From: Saccostrea cucullata
Taxonomy: Eukaryota
Length of the DNA stretch: 64,000 bases
Direction: 5' to 3'
NCBI RefSeq assembly: GCF_032062105.1
Contig: NW_026933724.1
Location: 372,001-436,000, forward strand
Shown here: piece after piece, positions 48,435 through 60,825 of the stretch
Numbering within the stretch: position 1 is the stretch's first letter
How the letters are laid out: the number at the start of each line of letters is the position of its first letter
Position numbers and translations under genes: made by a program
Notes under the pieces: model-generated
What the model saw: the letters and a program-made list of their open reading frames with translations, nothing else
Databases searched by the model: none
What the model was told of the DNA's origin: nothing

Positions 48435-49602
48435 ATGGACTCTGCAGAGAAACAGGCATTACATAACTTGAGACATGACTTACAGAGCCACATGGTGATC
48501 ACAGATCGCATTCTCAGGCACTTACTACAACACAATAAAATCAACAAAACCGAGAAACATGACTTGTCAGTAAGTATTAGAAATCCTTACTTCTTTGGCA
48601 TAAATTAGTCTTCTACTAATAAGATTTTTAAAAAATATTTTCTACTAGTGGTTTTTGTAATTTTTGAACTTTTATATGTCAGTTTTGCAATTGATGTCTA
48701 ATTATTATTTTTTCCAGATTCATGGAGCTTCTTCACAAAAGATTAAGAAGCTGATACAGATCTTACAACACCGAGAGCAGCCCCTACAGGTGATGACAGA
48801 TGCCCTCTTGTTGGAGACAAGAAACATTTTTATTGTTAAAAAACTAAATAAGAAAGTGAGATATTATCGTTCAAGGCAAGAGCAGGAAGAAAACAAAATA
48901 AATAACAGCAATTGTAATCAGCTTCAACCAATCAGTGAAATTCTGTTTAAAAGGGGATATGCTGTTGTTTATGGTACATGTCATAAGCTGGCATATCCCA
49001 AAGGACATCAAAAACTAGTGGAGGGAATGAATGTCTTCATGAAAACAATAGAGGACTGTAGGGATACCTTCAATGGGTGTGAAACCAGACATTTCCAAGA
49101 CATTGTTAAAGATTACTGTAACAAAAAGGAAAAAGAAATCAAGGATGCCAAAGCCCTTTGTGCCAAATTAGTCAAGACTAAAAACTGTGAACTTGATCAG
49201 AAAGCTGGGGAAATGAGTTCCCTTAAAGAAGAAGTGGAAAAGCTCAGAAGGGAAAACGAAAAAATACGCAAAAATATGGATCAAGAAGTTCGTGAAAAAG
49301 TTCGAGAGGGTGTCCGACAGAGTTTACTGTCCATGCCTATGCTGAGTTCGTGTCTGGGTTTAAGGACAACTAGTATGGGCAGGGCACGAGAACACTCCGA
49401 GTCTTCTGGGTTTTCTGGGAATAGTGACACAGGGTCCACATCTTCCTCTGACCCCCGGGAGGACAGCGAGGATGAGGAGGGATTTAATACGGAGACTACG
49501 GACACTTACAGTGAGGCTGGCCAATCAGCAACGAGGATCACCCACAATTACAACATCTACAACAACTACATGTATAGTGAAGCTAGGCTTTATCAGTCCT
49601 AA
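48435..49602 (+). CDS. Array gene 10: CARD-like + coiled coil + N/Y-rich tail (exons 48435-48569, 48718-49602; 339 aa)
   Basis: MDSAEKQALHNLRHDLQSHMVITDRILRHLLQHNKINKTEKHDLS|IHGASSQKIKKLIQILQHREQPLQVMTDALL. Same exon length and phase as genes 7-9, and colinear with gene 9. Confidence 0.88.
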
Positions 49603-51597
49603 CCAATCAAACAAGCCAATACAACAACTACATGTATAGTGAAGCTAGGCTTTATCAGAGCTAACCAATCAAATCCTACAACATTAACCAATGTAAAAAT
49701 GTAAATACCTTGTTGTTACTTTATTTATAATTTTATATTTTACAAAAGATTATTAAATTATATATAATAATCAAAATTTACACATTTTTATTTAAAATTT
49801 TTATCATATGTTAATTTTTATAATTGCAAAATGTGCCAAGTAACATAGAGCCTTTACTTAATTAAATATTTTAATTATAAATAAGAGGAGCCTACTATGT
49901 ATTATAAAAGTTTATATTATTTTCCATTCATAGTTTAAGTGTGTGATGTGTGAATATAATTGGAATGACTTGTATTTATGCCAGATTATTAAGCTGAGAG
50001 TAACTTTAGAATTTTGTATATATTTCACTTTATAAAAGACCTGCAAGGTTTACATTGTTACACACAAAAGAAGTTTTTATATTTACATTGAAATTTATTT
50101 AAATGCCTTCCTCCAAAAGAAAACTGTTCTTTTAAAGTATTGTACGTCTTCCAGAGCTCTGTTATCACTGCCCTTCATAAGTTTTTGATCTTTAGCCAAA
50201 ATCACTATTCCCATGCTGCCTTGAACATTGTGAAATAATTCAAAACTTCCTATACCCTCATGCTTGCTCTTTGTTATAACATGTTAGTAACAGTTTAACA
50301 GAAAGCTGAATTTAGTTCCAATTCATCTGGCATGTTCCACCCAGGGATCATCCTCTAGTTCCCAGTTCTGTGTTATCATTCTAGACAATCACATTATAAA
50401 TTTATTTACATTTTTTGTTAAGTTTTGTAAATATTTATTGTTATAACTTGTTATGTGAAAACATCATGTGAATCTGATGTTGGATTTTTGAACTTTTAGG
50501 ATCAGCATATTACTGATCTCTTAATCCAGTAGTGTCCTTTGTTTTGTAGTTATCTGGACATTAGCTATGGTTAAGGAGTTAGTTATGCATTTGTTAAAGG
50601 TTAACTTCTATAAGTACCTGCCCTGTTATGTTTGTTTCTGAAATAAATTCAATATAAAAATTGATGAGATTTTGTTTTTCTTTCATGAATGAACTTAAAG
50701 GATTAAAAGATTTTATGGTGCAATTTTCCACCATTCATGAGCCTTTAGAAAAAAGAATTTAGTCCTTTCACTCACTGAAGTGTTAAGAACCTTATGAAAA
50801 TCTGGGTGGAAAGTCTTGAGTAATTCTAGTAACAGAACCACTTCAAAAGCTATGTAGTTAAATACTGTGAAAAATCATAATCTTTTAGCACCAATATCCT
50901 TTTTATAAGAAACAAGTAACTTAAGATGAAGTGCCAGTAATGTTATTAAATAAGAAATTATATCCTCTCTTTAAAACTGGAATGATTTTCAAATTATGCA
51001 TTCTTAGAGACTTTTGCACTTAAAATAATAGGAGATAATGCAGTAGTTACAACAGATATTCTGTTACTCTATGTCACCTATTATTATTGTGAATGTAATG
51101 CACTTTTAGGTAGCAGTTGAAATATACACAGTGTGCTGCCTACCCAGAGTAACAGCAGAGATATCCTGTTACTCAGTTAGACCCCTACTCTTGGAGTAGG
51201 AATTCTAATATTACAGGTATTTTATAAACAAGTTAGACATGTATTGTAACTAGCAGTAGAAATATCCTGCTACCCAGTAAGCCATCAGTAGAGAGATATT
51301 CTGTTACTCTCCTTCTTTAAGTAACAGTCAAGATATTCTGCTACTCTCCTTCTTTAAGTAACAGTAGAGATATTCCGTTACTACCCTAAGTATCAGTAGA
51401 GATATACTGTTACTACTCAAGTAGCAGCAGTAATATTCTGTTATAAGTACAATAGAGATATTCTATTACTACTTTTAGTAATACTAGAGATATTCTGATA
51501 CTACTTTAAGTAACACTAGAGATATTCTCTACTTGAAGTATCAGAAGACATGTTCTATTACTACTCTTGGTAATAATAGAGATATTCTCTTACTTTT

Positions 51598-51979
51598 CAG
51601 GCACGTAGCATCGTTTTTGAAAGTGGGGGGGCCAACCTGAGAAAATTTTTTTTTTCTTTACCAAAAAAAGTTGACAAGCAAAAAAAAAAAAAACAAAACA
51701 AAACAAAACAAAAAAAAAGGGAAAATTCAAACTTACCCAAACTCGAAAATCCTATTTCGTGGGGGGGTAGTGGCCAACTTTTTTCAAGTCGAACTTCCTT
51801 TCACTTCCAATTTTTTCCTATATTTCTTGCTTTGTATATACTGTAGTAAAAAGTGGGGGGTGGGGGGCAACCATCTTTTCAATAGACATTTTCTATAGTA
51901 AAGGTAATGTTAGGGAAAAAAGTGGGCGGGCCAGGCCCCCCCTCTGGCCCCCCCCCCCCCCCCGGATACTACGTGCCTG
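51598..51979. mobile_element. MITE with caggcacgtag TIR
   Basis: caggcacgtag / ctacgtgcctg with ctttt duplicated on both sides. Confidence 0.75.
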
Positions 51980-52164
51980 CTTTTCTTAGTAACAGTAGAG
52001 ATATTCTGTTACTATTCTTAGTAACAATAGAGATATTCTGTTACTATTCTTAGTAACAGTAGAGATATTCTGTTACTATTCTTAGTAACAAGTAGAGATA
52101 TTCTGTTACTGTTTACTCTTCATTAAAGATATTTTGTCACTATTTGTTAGTAACAATAGAGATA

Positions 52165-53722
52165 CCGTAATTTCGGGATTATAGGTCGATGGGGTATATA
52201 GGTCGAAAGGCTCATTTTCAGCCTAAATTTTTGAAAAATCCTAAGATAGGTCAAACTTACTATATAGGACGAGGCTTTGTTTCCCGTTTTCTACAGATTC
52301 TTACGCAGATACAACGTATCAGAACAGGTAAACCCCTAAAATTACCGGGGTTATTCCTTGACATGAATGTATCAAGAAAATAAACAGGTATTTTAATGAG
52401 TACAGCAATTAAATAAAGTTTTAAAAAAAAAATTAGTTAAAACTTCTTTGAATTGTGTTACTACTTATTTTTCTCCAACTTGCCTGTTCAATGCCTCCGT
52501 AGTTTCACACTGTTGTTAAATCAGAGGCATAAATAACACGTGAATACGTTATTATTTTACAGCCATAATTCGGGAAATACCCGAGACCAAAGAATGGTAA
52601 TTCCGATTTCAGAACAACTTGGACACATTCCTAATAAATTTTATTCAGACATTATTTACCGGTGGACGACAATTACTTCGATGTCCGCCATTTTTATTTT
52701 TCTTCTCCAGGGATTTGCTAAAACACGCAAATGACCATTGAATGTATATATCAAGCAACAGTGAAGAATTAAAATCATATTAACACTCTATAAGTTTAAT
52801 TTATAAATTTAATTGAGAGTACAATTTGACTGTCAACATGAATTTCACGGCTTTGTTTGTTCAATGATGTGTAACACTAATACCCTATTACGGCACGTGT
52901 GTTTGTTAATCCTGCCCCGCAGGCATTTTAACCAATACAGGTGTTACACCTTTGTGTACACAGTGTAAATCCCTTTATCTGTCAGACAATTAAAATTCTG
53001 TTAGAAGCCAATCTTTGTTTACCAGTAATTCAATGAACTTCTTGTGTACGAAGCTTTTAATAAACCTTATAATATTAGTTAAAATTATATTACTGTCTTA
53101 AATTATATTATTATAATTAAAATAAAAAAAAAAACAGTAATGACTCATGTTTTTTTTTCGGTAATTAAATTTAGTAATTGAATGGCAACAAATTATTTCA
53201 CTCATTTTACTTTTAAATAAACATAAGACAATAAAAAATATTTAATATACTATGTCAGTTTATCGCTACTAATAAATAGTAAAAACACTACAGTTGTGAT
53301 CGTGAAAAATTTCCGTATTTTAAATTTTGATACGGTTACGGTTTTACTTTTAGTACACGATCGCGACTTCCTAACTTCACAAGATGGATACCGCATAATG
53401 TTAATGGATAATATGTTGAGGAATTATTTAATAGATGAAGCAATGTTGTTTTCCTTTGTCATCAACGGATAATTAATGGAACTTATTTTGTAAGAAAGCT
53501 ATAGAATAAATATTTTACTGTTTTCTGTGGCATTAATTTTTTTGCGAAAAATAATCAAAAAAGTTACGAAAGTGGCACAAATTTGCTTTGAAAGTGACGT
53601 AAATTTTACTGATTTGGAGGCATTTTTCATAAACTTGAGCCTTAAATAGGTCGAATTCTGAATATTGGTCGACCCCAGCGGTTCTGAGAAAAAAGTATCG
53701 ACCTATATTCCGTAAATTACGG
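52165..53722. mobile_element. TA-flanked non-autonomous Tc1/mariner-type element
   Basis: TIR ccgtaattt.cgg..tataggtcga / tcgacctatattccgtaaattacgg with TA TSD. Splits a minisatellite unit at gata|ttct. Confidence 0.8.
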
Positions 53723-54218
53723 TATTCTGTCACTATTTGTTAGTAACAATAGAGATATTCTGTCACTATTCTTATTAACAATAGAGATATTCTGTCACTA
53801 TTCTTAGTAACAGTAGAGATATTCTGTCACTATTTGTTAGTAATAATAGAGATATTCTGTTACTATATTTAGTATCAGTAGAGATATTCTGTCACTATTT
53901 GTTAGTAACAATAGAGATATTCTGTCACTATTCTTAGTAACAATAGAGATATTCTGTTACTATTCTTAGTAACAGTAGAGATATTCTGTTACTGTTCACT
54001 CATCATTAAAGATATTCTGTCACTATTTGTTAGTAACAATAGAGATATTCTGCTACTATTCTTAGTAAAGGTAGAGATATTCTGTCACTATTCTTAGTAA
54101 CAGTAGAGATATTCTGTTACTGTTTATTCATCATTAAAGATATTCTGTCACTATTTGTTAGTAACAATAGAGATATTCTGTCACTATTCTTAGTAACAAT
54201 AGCGATGTTCTGTTTACT

Positions 54219-54820
54219 CATCATTACAGATATTCTGTTACTGTTAACTCACCACTATCCTCCAGCTGTGCCTGTGCCTCACTCAGCTGTTTACATCATT
54301 AGAGATATTCTGTTACTGTTAACTCACCACTATCCTCTAGCTGTGCCTGCGCCTCACTCAGCTGTTTACATCATTACAGATATTCTGTTACTGTTAACTC
54401 ACCACTATCCTCCAGCTGTGCCTGTGCCTCACTCAGCTGTTTACATCATTAGAGATATTCTGTTACTGTTAACTCACCACTATCCTCTAGCTGTGCCTGT
54501 GCCTCACTCAGCTGTTTACATCATTAGAGATATTCTGTTACTGTTAACTCACCACTATCCTCTAGCTGTGTCTGCGCCTCACTCAGCTGTTTACATCATT
54601 AGAGATATTCTGTTACTGTTAACTCACCACTATCCTCCAGCTGTGCCTGTGCCTCACTCAGCTGTTTACATCATTAGAGATATTCTGTTACTGTTAACTC
54701 ACCACTATCCTCTAGCTGTGTCTGCGCCTCACTCAGCTGTTTACATCATTAGAGATATTCTGTTACTGTTAACTCACCACTATCCTCTAGCTGTGTCTGC
54801 GCCTCACTCAGCTGTTTACA
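54219..54820. repeat. 75-bp tandem repeat x8 containing a CCDC73 exon end and splice donor
   Basis: Near-identical units. On the minus strand they read ..cagctagaggatagtg|gtgagttaacagtaacagaatatctctaatg. Confidence 0.9.
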
Positions 54821-57543
54821 TTGAGCGTACAGTAACTTGAACCTCCCCTCTGTTTCTGTCAGCTGATTCAAATGCTGCTCTGTAGACTGGAGATGAAGGT
54901 GTAGTTTTCTCTCCTGTTCTGTGACATCCTTCTCCAGTTTGTATTTCACAACCTGAAAAACACTTCCCTACATTGCTCTGTCCAGCTTCCCAGCCTTCAG
55001 ACATCAACATCATAACCTTAAAGTTACATCATGTAAAATGAATAATAAATCAGCCAAGAATACTTCTAAATGTGTAGAATGATATTGAATATAAAGAAAT
55101 ATTTTACCTATTATTAAATAATTTAAATTAAATATTATCAATCAGAGAGCTTGTTTTTAAAATGGTCTTCATTTTAGTTTGGCTAAGAATGAGCCGGCAG
55201 ATACTCTCACCTCTAATTTCCGAATTTCATCTTTCAGCAGGCTAATTTCTTTATCTGTGCAATCTTTGAACACCTTGTGTTGTTTCTATTACAGATATAT
55301 AAAGTTAATAAAGCTCATAATGTTTTTATGCGTTAAAATAAACTTTCATCCAAGAGATATTTCTATCCATACACGAGTCTCTCTACTGGAGATAAAGATC
55401 CACATTACTTATAAGTAGGGATGTCAAATCGGTCAATTTTCAATACTCGGTTACTCGGACGTTTTTCCGATCGAGTACCCGGGTACTCGGTAAAAGTGTA
55501 AATAAATATGAACAAGTAAATTGAAGACTGTAAAACATTGTAAACTCTTGTAGAAATAAAACCAGATGCACTGATGGACGCTTATCCGTAAATGTATTTC
55601 TGTTGTAATAATAATGATGAGTACTTCGTATTAAAATTTAACATACCGGTACCAATTTTTAAATTCAATTCATTTATCAGATAAACACAAGAAATAAAAT
55701 CATAAGTTGTTCACATTGTTTTTGTTTAAAAAAAAATAATTTGCTCCGTAATTGTAATGTAACTCTTTGTCGCGTTTGACGACCAGGTATCAGTCGTCAG
55801 AGCTACGTACAGTATCAACTTGAACTTGATCAACTTCTCCTAACAGAGCGGATACACGATTTTAGTTCACTTGTTCGATCCGAGATTTATATAGTATTAC
55901 GGGACGGTATTTTGTACATGTAGTTTGATGCAACGATGGACATCAGTTTTTTTAAAGCCTTTGCCTTCAACCAGTTGTATTGGCATGTAATCAAACACAA
56001 ACATATCAACAATCGCACGTGTAATCAGAGACATATAAAACCATATATATGTCTTGGTGTAATACATTGCTCTTCTCCGAGAATTTACGGCTTCTCTGAG
56101 AATTGACAAAATTGTCTATTTTTTTTTAAACATAATGGATCTTAAAACGATGTTCAGTGAAAACAAATAATTAAAGCCAAACAAAAAATAAGGAAGAAGG
56201 CAGCCGAAGGTGAGAAAAGCCAGGTACCCCAGGTGCTTGGTCACGATAATTACTGTAATGTATAAACACTGCCACAGGCGATAACGGTCATTTAGAGTCG
56301 TAGTAAACCCTAATTACTGTATGTACAAGTGCAATGAGCATTTTACGTTTTTAAACAGATTGTTTAATGCATTAATAAATAAGATTAGAAATATTCCAAA
56401 ATATACATCCGAGTAACTGAGTACCGATTTTAGTAAAAATACGACATTTCCGAGAGGTTAATGGGTATTGACATCCCTACTTATAAGTAATTACTCTCAG
56501 TGAATAGAAGGTGGACAAATTAAAACATTCTAGATCATAATCTGTATATGTGGACAACAATCTGCCACTAATACAAGATGTAAATTATAATAATCATTAG
56601 TTTTTTTTTTTTTTAAATCTATAGTTTATTATTGTGACATTCTCTGTGAGATGTTTTACTAAGGGTGACACTTTATATCAGACCAGCTGTTCCTCGGCCC
56701 TGGACAGCTTCTCCTCACACTTCCTGTCCGCCTCCTGTAACTGTTTCCTATACTGCTTGGTTGCCTCTGTCAACTTCTGAGATTCTGACTCCTAAACCAT
56801 TGCATCAAAAGCATGTCATTTACAAGGTAAGGCCAAAATAAAATTATAGTTTGTTTGGAATTGCCTCCCGCCTCATTGAAATGCCCCCTCCTGAAAAAAA
56901 TTTATTGACCAAAAGTAGGAAGATTTTTTTTTTATTTAATCATTTTTTTTTACCCATTACATGTATCACATGCACCATACAAAACACTGAAATATAGTGT
57001 CAGATCTATGTAGAATTAGGTTCTTTTTGTTGATGGTAGATACTTTTTTTAAAAGTCAGAAAATGACTGTTTACTGAGAGTTTTATCAAAAATTTAGAAT
57101 TTATCTTCAATAAAAATAAAAAACAATTCCCCTGCCTCCTGTGTCTGAAACCCTTCAGGCGGCAATTCTAAACAAACAATTTTTTAAAGATGGCCTAAGG
57201 GAAGCAACTCTTTATTTGAAATTCAAATGATAGTGTCAAAAATATTCTCAGATGAAAACTGTTACACTTACACATTTTCTAATTAGTTGATATTTCTCTT
57301 GATCAGCCCTTTTTATTCTCTCTTCATTGTCTTTGTCATTCATCTGTTGAAAGTAATAAAATAAAACAATATCGATGAGATCACAGACAGAGCTAAATAA
57401 ATCCTTTTCTCTATTCTATTTTTTTCTAAATATATGTATGTGCACCAAGGATGTCAAAGTCTGAAATAATTATACAGGAAACCTATCTTTATATACCGTA
57501 TAAGTGGAAATTTTAGCGAGACGCAAATTTAGCGATTTCTCCT

Positions 57544-57576
<33 letters not shown>

Positions 57577-59414
57577 GAGCACTGTGGCTAGGAAAAGTAG
57601 AAATTGGTTTATTATTGAAAAGTTTAAATCCAAAAGCAGTCCCATGACCAATCATGGATTTGCTATTCTTGAGAAGATGATTTTTGACGAATTTTCCTAC
57701 ATATTTCTATGTAAAACATTGGTCAGCCATTTTGGCCCCGCCCTACCCCTGGGGGTCATGATTTGAACAAACTTGAATCTACACTACCTGGAGATGCTTC
57801 CATATAAATATGATGAAATATGGCTTTGTCATTCTTGAGAAGAAGATTTTTAAAGAATTTTCCTATATATTTCTATGTAAAATTTTGGTCGGCCATTTTG
57901 GCCCTGCCCTACCCCCGGGGGTCATGATTTGAACAAACTTGAATCTACACTACCTGAGGATGCTTCCATATAAATATTATGAATTATGGCTTTGTCATTC
58001 TTGAGAGGAAGACTTTTAAAGATTTTCCTATATATTTCTATGTAAAACTTTGGTCGGCCATTTTGGCCCCGCCCTACCCCCGGGGGTCATGATTTAAACA
58101 ACTTGAATCTACACTATCTGGGAATGCTTCCATATAAATATGATGAAATATGGCTTTGTCATTCTTGAGAAGAAGATTTTTAAAGAATTTTCCTATATAT
58201 TTCTATGTAAAATTTTGGTCGGCCATTTTGGCCCCGCCCTACCCCCGGGGGTCATGATTTGAACAAACTTGAATCTACACTACCTGGGGATGCTTCCATA
58301 TAAATATGATGAAATATGGCTTTGTCATTCTTGAGAAGAAGATTTTTAAAGAATTTTCCTATATATTTCTATGTAAAATTTTGGTCAGCCATTTTGGCCC
58401 CGCCCTACCCCCGGGGGTCATGATTTGAACAAACTTGAATCTACACTACCTGGGGATGCTTCCATATAAATATGATGAAATATGGCTTTGTCATTCTTGA
58501 GAAGAAGATTTTTAAAGAATTTTCCTATATATTTCTATGTAAAACTTTGGTCGGCAATTTTGGCCCCGCCCTACCCCCGGGGGTTTTAGCGAGAAGTAAT
58601 TTTAGCGATTTTAAAATGCTCACTTAAGAAGCTAGTACAAATAACACGCAATTCATTTTTAGCGATATTCAATTTTAGCGATCTCAACAGCCTCGCTAAT
58701 AATGCCAAAATTAAATCCTCGCTAAAATTTTTACTTATACGGTATGACATCAAACGGGCAAAGCAACACAAAATGACTTTAATACACAAGATGTTTTATA
58801 ACTTGTATCAGCCTTTCTTGTAAAGATCTAAAAAGCCTATAGTCAGGGGTGTAGACATCAGGGTTCAACTGTTAACCCACATACTGTGGTTTCGTCAAAA
58901 TTCGTTGAGCACCAATTTTTGAGGAATTCGTTGTTAAGCAGATCCACAAAATTAAATGTTCTTTGAATTGAACACAATAAATATGTTATTCATTGGTATA
59001 GACGATGCTTTTGTTCACAAAATTATGTATCCTCGAAAACGTCTGTTTTACAAAATCCACGAAAATTGATGAAACCACAGTATGTAGGCACTGGTCATGA
59101 AATATTTATAGGACAAAAAGTTTTCTCAAGTAAACTTTCCAAAACCAAGAAAGACATTCACAGCAAGTTAATATGAAATGGAGAAAATTGAAACTAAATT
59201 CAATTCTTGCCCTCCTTAATTTCAGTTCCTCCAAGATTTCTACCAAACCATTCCTCAGTCGTAGACATTCTACTGCACTCATGTAATCCTCTGGATTTTT
59301 CTCAGTAAGTCTTGTCATGTGTTTCTTATCTATATGTGATGTATCTTCATCCTTACATCCTGAAAAAAAAACCATCAAAGTTTTTAGTACCAGCAATTAA
59401 CAGTGCTTCAGTAC

Positions 59415-59448
<34 letters not shown>

Positions 59449-60614
59449 CACTGTGGCTAAGAAAAAGTAGGAATTAGTTTATTATTGAAAAGTTTAATCC
59501 AAAAGTAGTCCCATGACCAATCATGGCTTTTCTATTCTCGAGAAGATGATTTTTAAAGAATTTTCCTATATATTTCTGTGTAAAACTTTGGTCAGCCATT
59601 GTGGCCCAACCCTACCCCCCGGGGTCATGATTTGAACAAACTTGAATCTACACTACCTGAGGATGCTTCCATATAAAATATGATCAATTATGGCTTTGCC
59701 ATTCTTGAGAAGAAGATTTTTAAAGAATTTTCCTATTTATTTCTATGTAAAACTTTGGTCGGCCATTTTGGCCCCGCCCTACCCCCGGGGGTCATGATTT
59801 GAACAAACTTGAATCTACACTACCTGAGGATGCTTCCATAAATATATGATCAATCATGGCTTTGCTAATCTTGAGAAGAAGATTTTTAAAGAATTTTCCT
59901 ATATATTTCTATGTAAAACTTTAGTCGGCCATTGTGGCCCCGCCCTACCCCCGGGGGTCATGATTTGAACAAACTTGAATCTACACTACCTGAGGATGCT
60001 TCCATTTAAAATGATCAATTATGGTTTTGCTAATCTTGGGAAGAAGGTTTTTAAAGAATGTTCCTATATATTCTATTTAAAACTTTGGTCGGCCATTGTG
60101 CCCCGCCCTACCCCCGGGGGCCATGATTTGAACAAAATTGAATCTACACTATCCGAGGATGCTTCCACAAAAATATGATCAATTATGGCTTTGCTAATCT
60201 TGAGAAGAAGGTTTTTAAAGAATTTTCCTATATATATTTCTACAGCTGTATGCAAAACTTTGGTCGGCCATTGTGGCCCCGCCCTTCCCCCGGGGGTCAT
60301 GATTTGAACAAACTTGAATCTACACTACCTGAGGATGCTTCCATATAAATATGATCAATTATGGCTTTGCTATTCTTGAGAAGAAGATTTTTTAAGAATT
60401 TTCCTATATATTTCTATGCAAAACTTTGGTCGGCCATTGTGGCCCCGCCCTTCCTCCGGGGGTCATGATTTGAACAAACTTGAATCTACACTACGTGAGG
60501 ATGTTTTCCCATAAGTTTCATCTTTCCTGGCACAGTGGTTCTTGAGAAGAAGATTTTTAAAGTATACCACCAAATTTTCATTAATTCCCGATTATCTCCC
60601 CTTGAATGAGGGCT

Positions 60615-60666
<52 letters not shown>

Positions 60667-60782
60667 GCAAGTTTGGATGAAATTGGCCCAGCGGTTCTTG
60701 AGAAGAAGTCGAAAATGTGAAAAGTTTACAGACAGACAGAAGAACAGACAGACAGACGGACAGACGGACGCCGGACAAAATG

Positions 60783-60825
<43 letters not shown>

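Larger units (their letters stand above)
51040..54218. repeat. ~30-bp minisatellite (agagatattctgttactattcttagtaacagt), interrupted by two transposons
   Basis: Dozens of units, more degenerate toward lower coordinates. Confidence 0.85.

Noticed and set aside
50921-51018. Possible next CCDC73 exon (minus; VQKSLRMHNLKIIPVLKRGYNFLFNNITGTSS*)
   Set aside because: The phase fits, but the acceptor (ttttaag) is weak and similarity beyond the first residues is absent. Kept only as an alternative.
51040-54820. CRISPR-like repeat-spacer array
   Set aside because: Eukaryotic context, no unique spacers, no cas genes. These are simple tandem repeats.
54205-54840. 211-aa + strand ORF of 25-aa repeats
   Set aside because: By-product of the 75-bp tandem repeat, antisense to a real CCDC73 exon.
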